From a virus: DNA of 64,000 nucleotides. A model generated the notes under the pieces. The model was not told where the DNA came from, did no database searches, and was given only the letters and a program-made list of their open reading frames with translations. The number at the start of each line of letters is the position of its first letter. Position 1 is the first letter of the stretch. Shown here piece after piece: positions 1 through 8,552 of the stretch. Location: the IMG/VR virus record IMGVR_UViG_3300034112_001564, positions 8,420 to 72,419 of that record. One strand, 5' to 3'. Position numbers and translations under genes: made by a program.

Positions 1-134
1 ATCTGTGACAGCGAGGCCGAGGCATGGGCCGCCGTGGCCCGCGAGCTGACCACGGCCCGAGGCCGCGTCCAGGCGGCGATCGACGAGGCCACCGCCAAAG
101 CCGCCGGCTGCCGGGTCGGGGAGGCGGTGCCGGC

Positions 135-281
135 ATGAACCCCCGATCGTGGAAATGGGTCATGGACGACCTGATCCGCACGCTCGTGCTCGTCCGACTC
201 GGGCAATTGCTCGGGTCGGAGAGCACGGCGGCGCGGGCCGTCCACGACCTCGTCGAAGCCGTTTTTTCGATTGTCAGGTGA
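135..281 (+). CDS. small hypothetical protein
   Basis: ATG at 135 overlaps (ATGA) the stop of an ORF running in from the window edge; MNPRSWKWVMDDLIRTLVLVRLG... Confidence 0.45.
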   Translation: MNPRSWKWVMDDLIRTLVLVRLGQLLGSESTAARAVHDLVEAVFSIVR

Positions 282-300
282 TTGGCCTGACGCATAGAAT
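271..300 (+). promoter_or_regulatory. putative sigma70-like promoter with internal dyad
   Basis: TTGTCA-N18-TAGAAT; GTCAGG-N7-CCTGAC inverted repeat at 273-291. Confidence 0.45.
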
Positions 301-336
301 GACACCCCTACCCGAGTGTGGAAACGAGAGGACACG

Positions 337-627
337 ATGAAACCCATCGACCCCAGCGACTACCTGACCATCCAACAGGCAATGGACGCTCTCGGCTGCC
401 CCAGGCGGACGCTTGCCAGGGCGATCCTGCGGGCCGAGACGGCCGGCAAGAAGATCGTCACCGAGATTCTCGGCAAGAGCGTGATCCACAAGTCGAAGAT
501 CGCCGTGCTCAAGGAGTTCTACTACCCATACGGCTCGCCGGCCCACCAGAAGATGGTGAAGAAGTGGGGCTCCGCCGGGGGCACACAGAAAAGGATCAAT
601 CGCGAAGAGGCGGAGCAGGGGCGGTAG
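337..627 (+). CDS. excisionase/MerR-like HTH DNA-binding protein
   Basis: YLTIQQAMDALGCPRRTL resembles the HTH_17/Xis pattern; GAGAGG upstream. Confidence 0.6.
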   Translation: MKPIDPSDYLTIQQAMDALGCPRRTLARAILRAETAGKKIVTEILGKSVIHKSKIAVLKEFYYPYGSPAHQKMVKKWGSAGGTQKRINREEAEQGR

Positions 628-640
628 TTAAAGCCTGCCT

Positions 641-931
641 TTAACTTGAGTCGCGGGCCGTGCGCTTACTATGGCATGCCTTGTGTAAAAGCCGGAGGTT
701 ACTGAGGCTATCAGTACCACCTTTGGCCTTCTCGACGATGTGGTCGATGTCGCCGCTTTCGCCGACGATCAGCATCCCGCACAACTGGCAGATGCCCTGG
801 TCGCGGGCGATGACGGCAAGGCGGGTGCGTCTCCAGGCGGCCGAGCAGTAGCCGCGGGCCGCCGCCGTCGGGCGGGCCTCCCCCCGTGGGGCGAAACGAG
901 CCGGCCTATACGTCGGGATTCTTTTCGGCAC
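641..931 (-). CDS. HNH endonuclease (HK97 gp74-like, packaging-associated)
   Basis: RDQGICQLCG...DIDHIVEKAKGG...NLRLLHKACHSKRT; AAARGY motif typical of terminase-linked HNHs. Confidence 0.9.
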   Translation of the reverse strand: MPKRIPTYRPARFAPRGEARPTAAARGYCSAAWRRTRLAVIARDQGICQLCGMLIVGESGDIDHIVEKAKGGTDSLSNLRLLHKACHSKRTARDSS

Positions 932-1247
932 GAGCCTGCTCCTGCCACCCGTACATCAGAACCTTGTGCGCGTGGTTCTTCTTCCACCACGCGATGATCG
1001 CCTTGACGATCAGTTGAGCCAGCACGCTGATCAAGATCGCGGCGATCACTGAGCCGTACTTGTCCCTGGCGCGGATGCGGAGGCGGGCGGCGAGCACCTC
1101 CTCCATGCGGTCAGGCGGCGCGTCGATTGGGAACTCCTCGACCGCCCATTCGACGAGCTGATCGCGGAGGGCGGGATGCGTCGAGAGACGGATGCCACCG
1201 GCTCGCGAGACATACCGCTTTAACGTGTCGTACTTGGCGTCGGGCAT
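906..1247 (-). CDS. hypothetical membrane protein
   Basis: hydrophobic segment VIAAILISVLAQLIVKAIIAWW; overlaps neighbouring genes. Confidence 0.6.
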   Translation of the reverse strand: MPDAKYDTLKRYVSRAGGIRLSTHPALRDQLVEWAVEEFPIDAPPDRMEEVLAARLRIRARDKYGSVIAAILISVLAQLIVKAIIAWWKKNHAHKVLMYGWQEQARAEKNPDV

Positions 1248-1510
1248 TTGCCGTCCTTGCATGGTGCGGGGGCGGCGGAGGTCGCTGCCTTTCCAGTGCC
1301 TTTACAGACAGGGCACTCAGATCGCACGCGGCCGTCAGACAAATACCCGAGGCCGCGGCAATTGCTGCAAACGCCAGACGGAGCAGGAGCCGGCTTGGCC
1401 TGGGCCATCAGCGAGTACCTGCCGGCCACCGCGACGAACGGCCGGAGGTCTTCGGCGGCATGCGTGCAGCCGCAGAGAGACAGCAGGAGGACGATCAAGA
1501 GCTTAGACAT
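1220..1510 (-). CDS. putative lipoprotein with CxxCxGxG zinc-finger repeats
   Basis: MSKLLIVLLLSLCGC signal/lipobox; CSNCRGLG and CPVCKGTG. Confidence 0.6.
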   Translation of the reverse strand: MSKLLIVLLLSLCGCTHAAEDLRPFVAVAGRYSLMAQAKPAPAPSGVCSNCRGLGYLSDGRVRSECPVCKGTGKAATSAAPAPCKDGKCPTPSTTR

Positions 1511-3701
1511 TGCCTTCGGCTCCGTAGGTCGTGTGCTTGCGGCGAGGCCAGCCAGCCACGCTCGAGAGAGCAATGCACTGGCATCGGTCAAGGTTGTCGG
1601 CGAGTGCCCAGAAGCATCCCTCTGGAATCAGGAGATCGGTGCCGAGCACCTTGCGGCTCCCTGAGTTCCATTTCGCCCAGGAGTTGACGACCAACACGAG
1701 CCCCTGCCCGTACTTCCTGTGCGTCTCCGGCCGATCGTCAAATCCTGCGAGCCCCATCGAGTGGTGCCACACCCCAATTTGACGACTTACGCCATCCTCA
1801 TTTCTGGTTCGATCGAAGCCTAAAGAACTACATACGAAGCAGCCGAAACCGGCCGCGAGGAAGTCCCTGATCTGCTCCCTGCCCTTGAGGAACGTCGCCG
1901 TCCTCGCGACGTACTGCTTGCTCTCGCGCAGCCAGTTCTCGCCGGGGGGCGTCGCGCCGCCGAGACGAATCGTCTTCTCGGTGTAGTGCGTCAGGTCGAT
2001 CTTCAGATCGGGGTACGGCTTGCGAATGAGGAAGCCCTTCTCGCAGGCAACCTTCGCGGCTTCAGAACACACCCAGCCGTCCCCGGCAAAATTTCTCCAC
2101 GCAAAAAGTGATTCGCTGGCGATCACTGACTCGCGGATGCCGGCCTCTGGAAGTTCAGGAGCGCCCTCAAGCCTGCCGGTCACCTCGTCGGGCTTGTTGT
2201 CGTAGATTTCCGCGCTCAAACTGCCAAGCAAGGCACGCGAACACCCCCATCCGACGCAGTTGTGGACAGCGTATCCGTTCGCGATGAATGAGTGATCCTC
2301 CTCGACCTCGAGACAATACACATCGCCCTCAAACGCTTCGCGGGTCGTCTCGGCAACCTTCTTCCACATGCCCCACTTGCCGGCCTTTTTCCCAGTAGAT
2401 ACGCCAAGCCCCCGCTCGGTCTTTGCGGCCGGAAAAGCCGCGATGGCATTGTCGCCGAAAAGATGAAGCACGTCCGCCGACTTCGACTGCTTATAGGCAG
2501 GCCGCGTGCTGACGGAGGCGACGGCCCCGCACGAGTTCGCGATGTCAAACATGTCGCGGACAAGACCGCTGGATACAGAGACAGCACACGCCGAGAACAC
2601 GTTGCTTTTCGCTGGCTTGCCTGTCTTGAACGCGAACGCCCCCTTCGCCACCTGCTTGAGATTGCCGTCGCCTGCAAACCAACCACGAAGCAGCCCAAGA
2701 CGGACAGACTTTTTCGCCGTCAGAAAAACTCGGTTGACCCGTTTTGTGTATGTGTTGCCTGGGGCAAGCTTCTTGAACAGCCATGCCACGGGGCCGCAGT
2801 TGAAGCGAACGTAGACGACAGACGGCTTTGAGGGGACTCTGACAATCCTTGCGTCAAGGCCAAATATGTCATTTATGAACTGAACCGCTGTCTCCGCGAG
2901 AAACGCTTCATGGGAGCCCAGGTTAAACGTGATCCGCGAGGGTCCGTACTTTCCATAGTCGCACGAACCCTCGGCAAGAAAGAGGCCGATCAGCCACGCG
3001 AGCCTGAAGTCCAGCGGGGCATACCTGTTGATTTCTTTTTTACCGTGAAGCCAACGAAGTCGATGTTCAGCCGTCGGCTTCACGTTCCGCGGGTCGGCCT
3101 GCCCGAATGCAATCGCCCGCGGCGCTTCTGCGAGATCGAAGACGATCTCGTCACCGATTTCCGCGTGCCGCGGGATGAGGACATCCGTACCTTTCGTGAT
3201 GAGTTCGGATTGGCACCAGAACGGATTGTCGTCGTTTCCACAGACAAAACGGTGGTCTGGAGTAGAGCGGACGCTCCTCGGCACTCCGCGGGCTCGCAGT
3301 TTCACAAGGTCGCCCTTGTACGGCTTCTTGAGTGTATTGAGCACCCTTCGGACGTTGCCGTTGTGGGTGACAACGCTCTCGCCCACCGCGACCGCCTCGA
3401 TCGGCTTCTCGGTCCCGTCTGCCATGCGTACAGTCGTGCCGGCCGGAAAGCAGTCGCCCCATAATTGCGACGGCCCCGGCAGCGAGCCTGGAAACACGGC
3501 CTCGATGGTTCGCCAGAGCGTCGACAGCCTGCCGGCCCCGGCCTGCTCAAGCCCCCAGTCGTAGGCGACGTTCGCGCCGTTCGGATCGCCGCCGTACCGC
3601 AGCACATAATCGGCGAACACCTCGTCGGCCCGCGGGTCTTTGCGGCAGCCGATGAACCCCTTCGCGTATTTCTCGACGGGGTCGAAGTCACTCATTGCCA
3701 T
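1503..3701 (-). CDS. papain-like (C1) cysteine peptidase containing an intein
   Basis: after intein removal the sequence reads Q-LWGD-C-VGW (oxyanion Gln, catalytic Cys); WHHSM and VNSW supply catalytic His and Asn. Confidence 0.8.
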   Translation of the reverse strand: MAMSDFDPVEKYAKGFIGCRKDPRADEVFADYVLRYGGDPNGANVAYDWGLEQAGAGRLSTLWRTIEAVFPGSLPGPSQLWGDCFPAGTTVRMADGTEKPIEAVAVGESVVTHNGNVRRVLNTLKKPYKGDLVKLRARGVPRSVRSTPDHRFVCGNDDNPFWCQSELITKGTDVLIPRHAEIGDEIVFDLAEAPRAIAFGQADPRNVKPTAEHRLRWLHGKKEINRYAPLDFRLAWLIGLFLAEGSCDYGKYGPSRITFNLGSHEAFLAETAVQFINDIFGLDARIVRVPSKPSVVYVRFNCGPVAWLFKKLAPGNTYTKRVNRVFLTAKKSVRLGLLRGWFAGDGNLKQVAKGAFAFKTGKPAKSNVFSACAVSVSSGLVRDMFDIANSCGAVASVSTRPAYKQSKSADVLHLFGDNAIAAFPAAKTERGLGVSTGKKAGKWGMWKKVAETTREAFEGDVYCLEVEEDHSFIANGYAVHNCVGWGCSRALLGSLSAEIYDNKPDEVTGRLEGAPELPEAGIRESVIASESLFAWRNFAGDGWVCSEAAKVACEKGFLIRKPYPDLKIDLTHYTEKTIRLGGATPPGENWLRESKQYVARTATFLKGREQIRDFLAAGFGCFVCSSLGFDRTRNEDGVSRQIGVWHHSMGLAGFDDRPETHRKYGQGLVLVVNSWAKWNSGSRKVLGTDLLIPEGCFWALADNLDRCQCIALSSVAGWPRRKHTTYGAEGNV
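2259..3452 (-). mobile_element. intein with LAGLIDADG homing endonuclease (398 aa)
   Basis: block A CFPAGTTVRMADG, block B STPDHRF, LAGLIDADG motifs LIGLFLAEG and LLRGWFAGDG, blocks F/G VYCLEVEEDHSFIANGYAVHN followed by Cys+1. Confidence 0.95.
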
Positions 3702-4173
3702 TCACCTTGAAGCACCACTTGAGCACCCCGCAGGCATCCATGAGCTGCTGCCGCTTCACGGCATCGACCGTGGCCGTGTCGGCCCCCGCCGCCGCGAAGA
3801 AGACGGCATCGATGGCCTTGTCGAGTCCGGGGTACTTGCCCACGTTCTTCTTCTGGATGGCAAGCTGAAGGCTCCCGGCGTGGAACTGCGCGAACTTGTC
3901 GGTGTCGCCGATGATCGGCGTCGACCGCTCGCCGTCCTGCTTGAGGACATACTCCATCGCGTCGTAGAAATTGGCGAGATACTCCCGGTCGGCCGGCAGC
4001 ATCCTGGGCAGGATCGACTTCAAGTCGCCGGCCCACTTGATCTGCTCGGCGGCAGGCTTCTCGGCGACGACGGTCGTCTGCGGGGGCAGCGGCCACTTCA
4101 CGTCCAGCGAGCCGCCCTTCCAGGCGAATGCGAGCAGTGCGCCTGCCACGATGTACCTCGCTGTGTTGTTCAC
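3688..4173 (-). CDS. hypothetical membrane-anchored protein
   Basis: N-terminal hydrophobic stretch YIVAGALLAFAW then Pro linker; coupled to neighbours. Confidence 0.65.
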   Translation of the reverse strand: MNNTARYIVAGALLAFAWKGGSLDVKWPLPPQTTVVAEKPAAEQIKWAGDLKSILPRMLPADREYLANFYDAMEYVLKQDGERSTPIIGDTDKFAQFHAGSLQLAIQKKNVGKYPGLDKAIDAVFFAAAGADTATVDAVKRQQLMDACGVLKWCFKVNGNE

Positions 4174-4448
4174 TACTTGTCGCTCCCGGCCACCAGGGCC
4201 AGCGTTAGGGTGTCGATGGCTGCCCTCTGGGGGCTCTTCTCTTCGCCCAGGAGGCCCGTGGTGTTCAGGCGGGCTCGCACTCGGGCGAGGTTATGAATGG
4301 CGTCCTCGTAGCCCACAGGGGCCACGCTGGGGGCTGGCAGGGGCGTCGATGGCAGCTTGCCCAGCACGAACTTGCCGACGGCGGCGATCTTAGGCCACGC
4401 CACCACTGCCGCCGCAATAATCCCGGCCCCAATCTGCTCGTAGGTCAT
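4173..4448 (-). CDS. small membrane protein
   Basis: IGAGIIAAAVVAWP TM segment; ATGA overlap. Confidence 0.6.
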   Translation of the reverse strand: MTYEQIGAGIIAAAVVAWPKIAAVGKFVLGKLPSTPLPAPSVAPVGYEDAIHNLARVRARLNTTGLLGEEKSPQRAAIDTLTLALVAGSDK

Positions 4449-4738
4449 GTGATCTCCTGTGCGACGAGTGCGAACCATTCAACGAGTGCCTGACCCTCGG
4501 GCGTCTTCAAAACCGCCTCGATCCGGTCAAGCACGTTGTTGTCCTTGTCAGTGACCGTCTTGTCGGCCGCCAGCCGGAGGGCGGCGACCAGAGCCAGAGC
4601 CTTCTCCGCGGGCGTCTTCGCCAGGGCGACGGCCTCGAGCTTCGCCAAAAGCGGTGCCCACGCCGCCAGCAAGCGGACCTTGTCGATAATCGACAAGCTG
4701 CCGTACATCTGGCCGAACTGCTCGTCACTTACGTCCAT
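4445..4738 (-). CDS. hypothetical protein
   Basis: 97-aa amphipathic ORF, overlap-coupled. Confidence 0.55.
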   Translation of the reverse strand: MDVSDEQFGQMYGSLSIIDKVRLLAAWAPLLAKLEAVALAKTPAEKALALVAALRLAADKTVTDKDNNVLDRIEAVLKTPEGQALVEWFALVAQEIT

Positions 4739-4910
4739 TGCGATTTCTCTCCAGAAACGCCTGATATTCCCGGCTAGTCGTGCGGCCTTCGCTCGTCAGC
4801 TTGCCCCGCACATACGGCTGGTCGCGGACAAGTGCCATCAGCGGCGTCGAGTCGTCGCCGCGGCGACTCTCGAACTCGCGATGGTCGATGTCGGCGTCGT
4901 CAATCACCAT
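4725..4910 (-). CDS. hypothetical protein
   Basis: 61-aa ORF filling the operon gap. Confidence 0.45.
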   Translation of the reverse strand: MVIDDADIDHREFESRRGDDSTPLMALVRDQPYVRGKLTSEGRTTSREYQAFLERNRNGRK

Positions 4911-5091
4911 GCACCATGAAATTCATGCCGTCATATGCGTCGTCGAACACGGCCCTGGCGAACTCCGCGGCCTCGCTTTTTCCGATCGTTCTCCCGAACG
5001 ACCAGACCTCGTCCTCGACGATGTCGTCGCCCTTGCGAATCGTCAGCCTCGCCTCCTTTGGAGCGATCACCAATTCGACTTTCGCCAGCAT
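4900..5091 (-). CDS. hypothetical protein
   Basis: MLAKVELVIAPK..., GGAG upstream. Confidence 0.5.
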   Translation of the reverse strand: MLAKVELVIAPKEARLTIRKGDDIVEDEVWSFGRTIGKSEAAEFARAVFDDAYDGMNFMVHGD

Positions 5092-5365
5092 TGTTGTCTG
5101 CTCCAGTAGGCACATTCATCTTACCAAGTCGGGACTCCCTCTCGGCGGGACTCCAAGTGGCCCGAATCTTGGCGCACTCAAGGCGAATCTGTGCCGGGGT
5201 CGGCAGGTAAAAATCGGGCTCGGGGCGATCCGGTAGCCCCAGGATGCCGGCGGCCACCGCCAGCTCGTCGACCGAGAACTCTAGCTCGACGCAGATTTCC
5301 TCCGTCGTCGAGTCGCCCTTCCAGAGCCGTCGCAAAGCCCGCTTCTGGTTGGCGGAGAGGATCAT
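4931..5365 (-). CDS. GcrA-like HTH protein (paralog of 7691-8029)
   Basis: LRRLWKGDSTTEEICVELEF and PTPAQIRLECAKIRATWSPAERESR; ATGA overlap with the glycosyltransferase stop. Confidence 0.55.
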   Translation of the reverse strand: MILSANQKRALRRLWKGDSTTEEICVELEFSVDELAVAAGILGLPDRPEPDFYLPTPAQIRLECAKIRATWSPAERESRLGKMNVPTGADNNAGESRIGDRSKGGEADDSQGRRHRRGRGLVVRENDRKKRGRGVRQGRVRRRI

Positions 5366-6234
5366 GGCAATATCGCGACGTACCTCGAGCCTGGGTTCAA
5401 AAAAAGCTGGTAGCCGGCCTTCTGCATCGAGCGGTGCAGGAAGACGTGCTCGCAGTCGCCGCCCTCGTAGGTGCCGGCCAGGAACGCCTCGCGGCGGTAG
5501 AGGCACAGGCCGCCGAACGCCGAGTTCATCGGGATCGGCGGCGACCCGACGGGCGGCATGAGCAGGTGGAACCACGCATGGTCGCGGCGGTCCTCAAACC
5601 AATTGAGCCTCGCTGCCCACGCATCGTACTGGGCCGCCCCGTAAGCCCCAGACGGTTCCTCTCGCAGGAACAGCGAGTAGCTCGCCATCGCCCCCGGCTC
5701 CCGCCGATGCCAGGACTCGCCCAGCATCTCACAGAACCAGCCGAGGCTGTTGAGCACCCCATCCACGCTGAATCCGCCGTGCGGGTCGGTGTCGAGCACC
5801 ATGACATACCCGGCGTCGACCGCGTAACGCCGCACCCACTCCTGGCACTTGGTGCGGCACTTCGCCAGCCGCACCGTCCGCTCAGACCCGAATCCTCTGG
5901 CGTCCTCGCCGCCCAGGCTGTCGTGCTCGATCGTAACCCACTGGCGGATCGCGAAATCGTCGAGCACGTCGTTCGTACCGTCGGTCGAGTCGTTCTCGTA
6001 AACGAAATAAACGCAATCCCTCCAGAGCCCCGCCAGCTCGTCCACGAGCCGCAGCGTATTCTTCAGGTGCGGCATCGAGTTCCTGGCGATGCTCACGATC
6101 GCCAGCTTCTGCCGGCGGGCCTCCACGCGGCCGAATTCGACGTGTTCGCGGTAGCCGGCGACGTAGGCGTCACCGACGGACCACATATCCTCGGGTCGGC
6201 TGACGGTCATGCCACTGCTGTATCTCAGCCTCAT
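5362..6234 (-). CDS. GT-A glycosyltransferase, CAP59/GT69-like
   Basis: IARNS...VYENDSTDGT, RTVRLAKCR, VLDTD (DxD), YDAWA, NSAFGGLCLY, DCEHV. Confidence 0.75.
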   Translation of the reverse strand: MRLRYSSGMTVSRPEDMWSVGDAYVAGYREHVEFGRVEARRQKLAIVSIARNSMPHLKNTLRLVDELAGLWRDCVYFVYENDSTDGTNDVLDDFAIRQWVTIEHDSLGGEDARGFGSERTVRLAKCRTKCQEWVRRYAVDAGYVMVLDTDPHGGFSVDGVLNSLGWFCEMLGESWHRREPGAMASYSLFLREEPSGAYGAAQYDAWAARLNWFEDRRDHAWFHLLMPPVGSPPIPMNSAFGGLCLYRREAFLAGTYEGGDCEHVFLHRSMQKAGYQLFLNPGSRYVAILP

Positions 6235-6857
6235 GTCGATATTGCCTCGATCATGGCGGCACGCCGGTCTGGGAAGCAGGTTGCATGGAAGAAGCGACAG
6301 CCAGAGACTCCCCTGGAGTCTCTGGCGTGCGGATTCCACTCATACGGCAACTCCGCCCAGGCGCGACCGGCGGGCGTCGCTACTGGCGTCGCGTCGGGGT
6401 CTCCGCCGAGGGCTGCGATCAAGGCGGCCTGCTCCCACCAGCAAGACGAGCGTCGAAACCCATTCAGGGGCCAGAGACTCTCAAGCAACTCAGCGGCTTC
6501 GGCGCGAGCGAGCCAGACGCCGCAGTTGGGAACGGCCCCGTCCTCGGTGTGATGCACGACCATGCCCACCGAAGCGCCGGCGGGCAGGTCGTCAAGTATG
6601 TCGCGGTCGTCCCTGAGCACGACGACATCGGCGTCCAGCCAGAGCGCGGCGTCGTACCCGCCGTTCAGGAGCGTCAGGATCAGCGGAATCTTGCCCCACG
6701 ACGGATGCCGGCTCATGCCGGCGAACTGCTCGCCGGACGGCACGAACAGGTCGTAGCCGTGCCTCTGGGCATACCTCGCGAACGTCGGCATCGCCACGTC
6801 AAGCAGCTCGGCCATCGGGCCAAAGCCGAACGTGGTTAGTACCTTCCTCATTTCCAC
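6231..6857 (-). CDS. glycosyltransferase, GT34 (MNN10/GMA12-like)
   Basis: YAQRHGY, SWGKI, WLDADVVV, NCGVWL, WEQAAL. Confidence 0.8.
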   Translation of the reverse strand: MEMRKVLTTFGFGPMAELLDVAMPTFARYAQRHGYDLFVPSGEQFAGMSRHPSWGKIPLILTLLNGGYDAALWLDADVVVLRDDRDILDDLPAGASVGMVVHHTEDGAVPNCGVWLARAEAAELLESLWPLNGFRRSSCWWEQAALIAALGGDPDATPVATPAGRAWAELPYEWNPHARDSRGVSGCRFFHATCFPDRRAAMIEAIST

Positions 6858-7369
6858 CCCAAGAACAAAGAGCGACCCCTGCTATCCGCGTCGGCCACGG
6901 TCGTACTGAACTTCGCCGCCACCGCCGCCTGCATTGAGTCGTCAAGTTGCTCGAAGTCGTGGATTGCCAGAATGCTTCCCGTAACCTCGGCGCAGCCCAG
7001 GTACTCGAGAAACGCCGCCGGCCCGTGGACCGCGTCGTGGAACACGAAGTCGAACTGCCCAGGCTGGCACTGCGACAGGTAAACCTCGGCATCGGCGGTA
7101 ACCGGGAAGATGTTCGTGATCCCGAGCGTCGCCCAGTAGGTCTCGCGCATCGCCTCGGCGACGGTGTCTGACAGGTCGACCGCCGTGATCGATGACTCAG
7201 GCGAGGCCAGGGCCATCGCCGCCGCCGAGAGACCCATGTGGCTTCCAAGCTCAAGGATTCGCCACCGCCTGCCTTCGACGGCCTCGCAGAGCATGCGGAT
7301 ATGCCGCCGGTCGGTGGTCATCGGGTGCGAGTCATCGATGGACTCAACGAATTCACGCCAGTCGCTCAC
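6848..7369 (-). CDS. class I SAM-dependent methyltransferase (Methyltransf_24-like)
   Basis: ILELGSHMGLS motif I; FDFVFHDAVH; IHDF; GTGA overlap start. Confidence 0.85.
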   Translation of the reverse strand: MSDWREFVESIDDSHPMTTDRRHIRMLCEAVEGRRWRILELGSHMGLSAAAMALASPESSITAVDLSDTVAEAMRETYWATLGITNIFPVTADAEVYLSQCQPGQFDFVFHDAVHGPAAFLEYLGCAEVTGSILAIHDFEQLDDSMQAAVAAKFSTTVADADSRGRSLFLGWK

Positions 7370-7659
7370 GACACGTTCTCCAGAAAATGTCTCGCCTCGG
7401 CCGCCGAGGTCACGACGGCCACCGGGCATCCTGCCGCCGAGAGTTCACGCATTCTGTGGAGCTGAATCTTCGTCGGCTCTTCGCCTGGGCGCTTGCACTC
7501 AAGCCAGAACGCGCGGCCGTCCTTGATCATGAGCACGTCGGGGACGCCCGCCATTGAATAGGCGTTCCCGTGGAACTTCGTCGCCCAGAAGCCCAAGGCT
7601 CTTCCCTGAGCCATGACATTTGCAACGATGGTTTTCTCCAGGGGAGCTTTCCGTTGCAT
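7366..7659 (-). CDS. VRR-NUC domain nuclease
   Basis: EKTI...GVPDVL...WLECKRPG...Q PD-(D/E)xK pattern. Confidence 0.85.
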   Translation of the reverse strand: MQRKAPLEKTIVANVMAQGRALGFWATKFHGNAYSMAGVPDVLMIKDGRAFWLECKRPGEEPTKIQLHRMRELSAAGCPVAVVTSAAEARHFLENVS

Positions 7660-7665
7660 TTCCTG

Positions 7666-7694
7666 ATTGTCTTACACGGCAGGGTTATGGTCAA
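7666..7694 (-). promoter_or_regulatory. putative promoter
   Basis: TTGACC-N17-GACAAT just upstream of the VRR-NUC ATG. Confidence 0.5.
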
Positions 7695-8029
7695 GACGAA
7701 AACGAGTATGCCTCGCGGTCGAAGTGGAAGTTTCTGATCTCGACTCGCTTGGGCCGGTAGCACTTTGCCATCCTGCTGCGCCGCTCCTCCGGCGTCCACG
7801 TCGCGCGGATGGCGGCGGTACGCTCGGCGATCTGCTCGGGGGTGGGGTCCGGGGTCTCTGGCTCACGCGGAGCGTTGAACTGCGGCGGCCGGCGGCCCAG
7901 GCGGTGCTTGCGGACGAGGTTGAAAAGGTGGCCCCTAGTGCAGCCCAGCTCCTCACAAATCTGGTCGCTCCGCATCTCGCTCTTCCAGAGATGCGTCAGG
8001 TACTTGAGGTCGATCGGGGGGCAGTGCAT
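7691..8029 (-). CDS. GcrA-like HTH protein
   Basis: LTHLWKSEMRSDQICEELGCTRGHLFNLVRKHRL; AAGGAGG RBS. Confidence 0.65.
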   Translation of the reverse strand: MHCPPIDLKYLTHLWKSEMRSDQICEELGCTRGHLFNLVRKHRLGRRPPQFNAPREPETPDPTPEQIAERTAAIRATWTPEERRSRMAKCYRPKRVEIRNFHFDREAYSFSS

Positions 8030-8060
8030 GGAATCCTCCTTGATGGGGTGAAAACGGAAC

Positions 8061-8552
8061 TTACGGTTGAACGAGATTGGGGCCAGAATCGGTGTTGCGG
8101 TAGACGAATCCTGCCGTTTCGATCGCGGCCCGCAGGCAATCGACGAGTTCGCGAAGTCTCGCAATCTCGTCGCGGGCGGCAGACGTGCAGGCACGCTGCA
8201 CCTCGATCTCGGTCGCCGCCTCCTCGAACAACGTGCCGCTGTGCGCGAGGTGCAGCCCACGCCAATGGCGGAGGCGGGAGACGATGTCGCCTGAGTAGGC
8301 GGCGGTGTCGATTTTGTTCACTCCAGCCGCTCCAGCACCTCCCATGAGCCGTTCGGCCTCTGCCTTGTCGAAACTATCCTCTGGATAGGCCAGATCGACC
8401 ACCGTCGGGAAGTGCCTCAGGAGACGCCGAGCCTCGTCGCGAGCGGCCTTCGGAATCTTCTTGTACCCGTCGGGCAGGTACGGGCTAGAGAGCCGGAAGA
8501 GGAAATCTCTCGCGTAGACGACAGCTCGAGTTCGCTCTGACGGCATGGTCAT
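8061..8552 (-). CDS. BPSL0761-like phage protein with coiled-coil C-terminus
   Basis: MTMPSERTRAV...IPKAARDEARRLLRHFP. Confidence 0.6.
   Translation of the reverse strand: MTMPSERTRAVVYARDFLFRLSSPYLPDGYKKIPKAARDEARRLLRHFPTVVDLAYPEDSFDKAEAERLMGGAGAAGVNKIDTAAYSGDIVSRLRHWRGLHLAHSGTLFEEAATEIEVQRACTSAARDEIARLRELVDCLRAAIETAGFVYRNTDSGPNLVQP

Noticed and set aside
1220-1510. DnaJ chaperone
   Set aside because: Has CxxCxGxG repeats but no J-domain or HPD motif, and carries a lipoprotein-like signal.
5191-6552. 453-aa plus-strand ORF and many similar long plus-strand ORFs (e.g. 51133-52065, 59135-60091)
   Set aside because: Antisense shadows of well-supported minus-strand genes in GC-rich DNA; Arg/Pro-rich with no motifs.
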